DNA of 64,000 nt from Scyliorhinus canicula (taxonomy: Eukaryota), in NCBI RefSeq assembly GCF_902713615.1, contig NC_052161.1:120745574-120809573 (forward strand), in the 5' to 3' direction. Below, one piece after another: positions 62,905 to 64,000 of the stretch. A model generated the notes under the pieces. That model saw nothing but the letters and a program-made list of their open reading frames with translations. It was not told where the DNA came from and did no database searches. A program made the translations under genes and the position numbers. How positions within the stretch are numbered: the first letter of the stretch is position 1; every line of letters begins with the position of its first letter.

Positions 62905-63990
62905 CAGTGTTTTTCAAACTTTTTTTCCGGGACCCATTTTTACAAACTGGCCAATGTTCGGGACCCACACCGGCCGACCTTCGGGACCCACACCGGCCGA
63001 CCTTCGGGACCCACACCGGCCGACCTTCGCGACCCACACCGACCAACCTTCGCGACCCTCCATTTTCTCTTACCTTGTTTGCTGCTGACAAAATGGAGGA
63101 ATTGCAATCGTGCCCAAAGCACGTGATGGCGACGTTCAGGGGCTGTGACCTGCTCACTACCTCCCTCAGGCAGGAAGATTACACAGAATGTTAAAAAGAA
63201 TATTCTATGCCTCCGATTGTGCAAATTTGCAGTCTTCAGCCTCAGCAGCCGGCTTTTATATTCAATAGAAATTTATTTTTTATAAATTGTAACAATGTTT
63301 TTGCACGGCACGTTTAATCAATGAGACCAAGCCCATGTCATTGTCAGATTCTTCCTGTTTCTTCTCTTCCTTTTTCTCTTCGTCAGCAACTGCTGCAGCA
63401 GCTGGGGCACTGCTACCAGCACCAACGTTGCAGATCAGACTATTGACGTCAATATTAGCCAATGCCTTGGCAAACAGACTAGGCCAGAAAGGCTCAATGG
63501 TCACACCAGCTGTTTTCATCAGGGCATTGGGTTTCTCTTCAGTTACAGTGCAGGATGAGCGTGCTGTAGATACAGGCGAGTTCCAACGTGGAGGCCATGC
63601 GCTGGATCTCTGCGGGTGGGTCTGATGATGCTAGTCGCCAGGGGGGGGGCTCGACCTTAGTTTCGTTCAGAAAAGGCGCGCACTTCCGAACCGGGCAGAG
63701 CGAGCAGCAGCCGGCTTTTAACTATGCCGGTTGCGAGCGGCCTTTTTACCATAAAAAAATGCGACCGCACTGCACGTGCGCAACTATTCATCGGTGCGCA
63801 TGTGCAAAACTCTTTTTACAATTATGTTGTAAAAAGGCCGCTCGCAGCCGGTGTAGTTAACAGCTGGCTGCTGCGCTTCTTGCGCACGGGTTTGCGCAAT
63901 CGGGAGCGCCGCGATGGACGGCTCCACGACCCTCTCGACACACGCCCACGACCCACCCGCAGGGCGCGCTCCCGACTTTGAAGATCACTA
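62905..63990. mobile_element. non-autonomous hAT-Charlie element
   Basis: TIRs CAGTGTTTTTCAAA / TTTGAAGATCACTA. 8-bp TSD GTATAGAA (62897-62904) / GTTTAGAA (63991-63998). Four internal 23-bp repeats at 62960-63058. Confidence 0.85.
63259..63704 (-). pseudogene. RPLP1: processed pseudogene of 60S acidic ribosomal protein P1
   Basis: Intronless [17 protein letters not shown] (ATG at 63598) ..[44 protein letters not shown], with frameshifts. AATAAA at 63277-63272. 16-bp TSD. Confidence 0.93.
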
Positions 63991-64000
63991 GTTTAGAAGG

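Overview
Eukaryotic, repeat-rich vertebrate DNA, very likely a shark (catshark-like, judged from abundant elasmobranch HE1/V-SINE-type repeats). It contains the last three coding exons and 3' UTR of AGTRAP (+) and a solitary, decaying histone H2B copy. A compact CpG promoter-like element at ~12.4 kb is followed by about ten mostly phase-compatible exons of a C1orf167-like gene (+), which runs off the right edge; AGTRAP-C1orf167 is the known human gene order. The introns are packed with tRNA-derived SINEs, CR1/L2 and L1 fragments (one ~5 kb near-complete dead L1), a Gypsy remnant, and hAT and PIF/Harbinger non-autonomous transposons. The most notable observations are: (1) an RPLP1 retrocopy with a perfect 16-bp TSD nested inside a hAT-Charlie element; (2) a 3.25-kb Harbinger-type element whose interior is a ~1.6-kb palindrome plus three minisatellites; (3) an in-frame candidate alternative terminal exon of AGTRAP; and (4) a short SINE subfamily with a new tail and long L1-type TSDs. 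No prokaryotic systems or CRISPR arrays are present. Repeat boundaries are approximate unless TSD or TIR positions are given.
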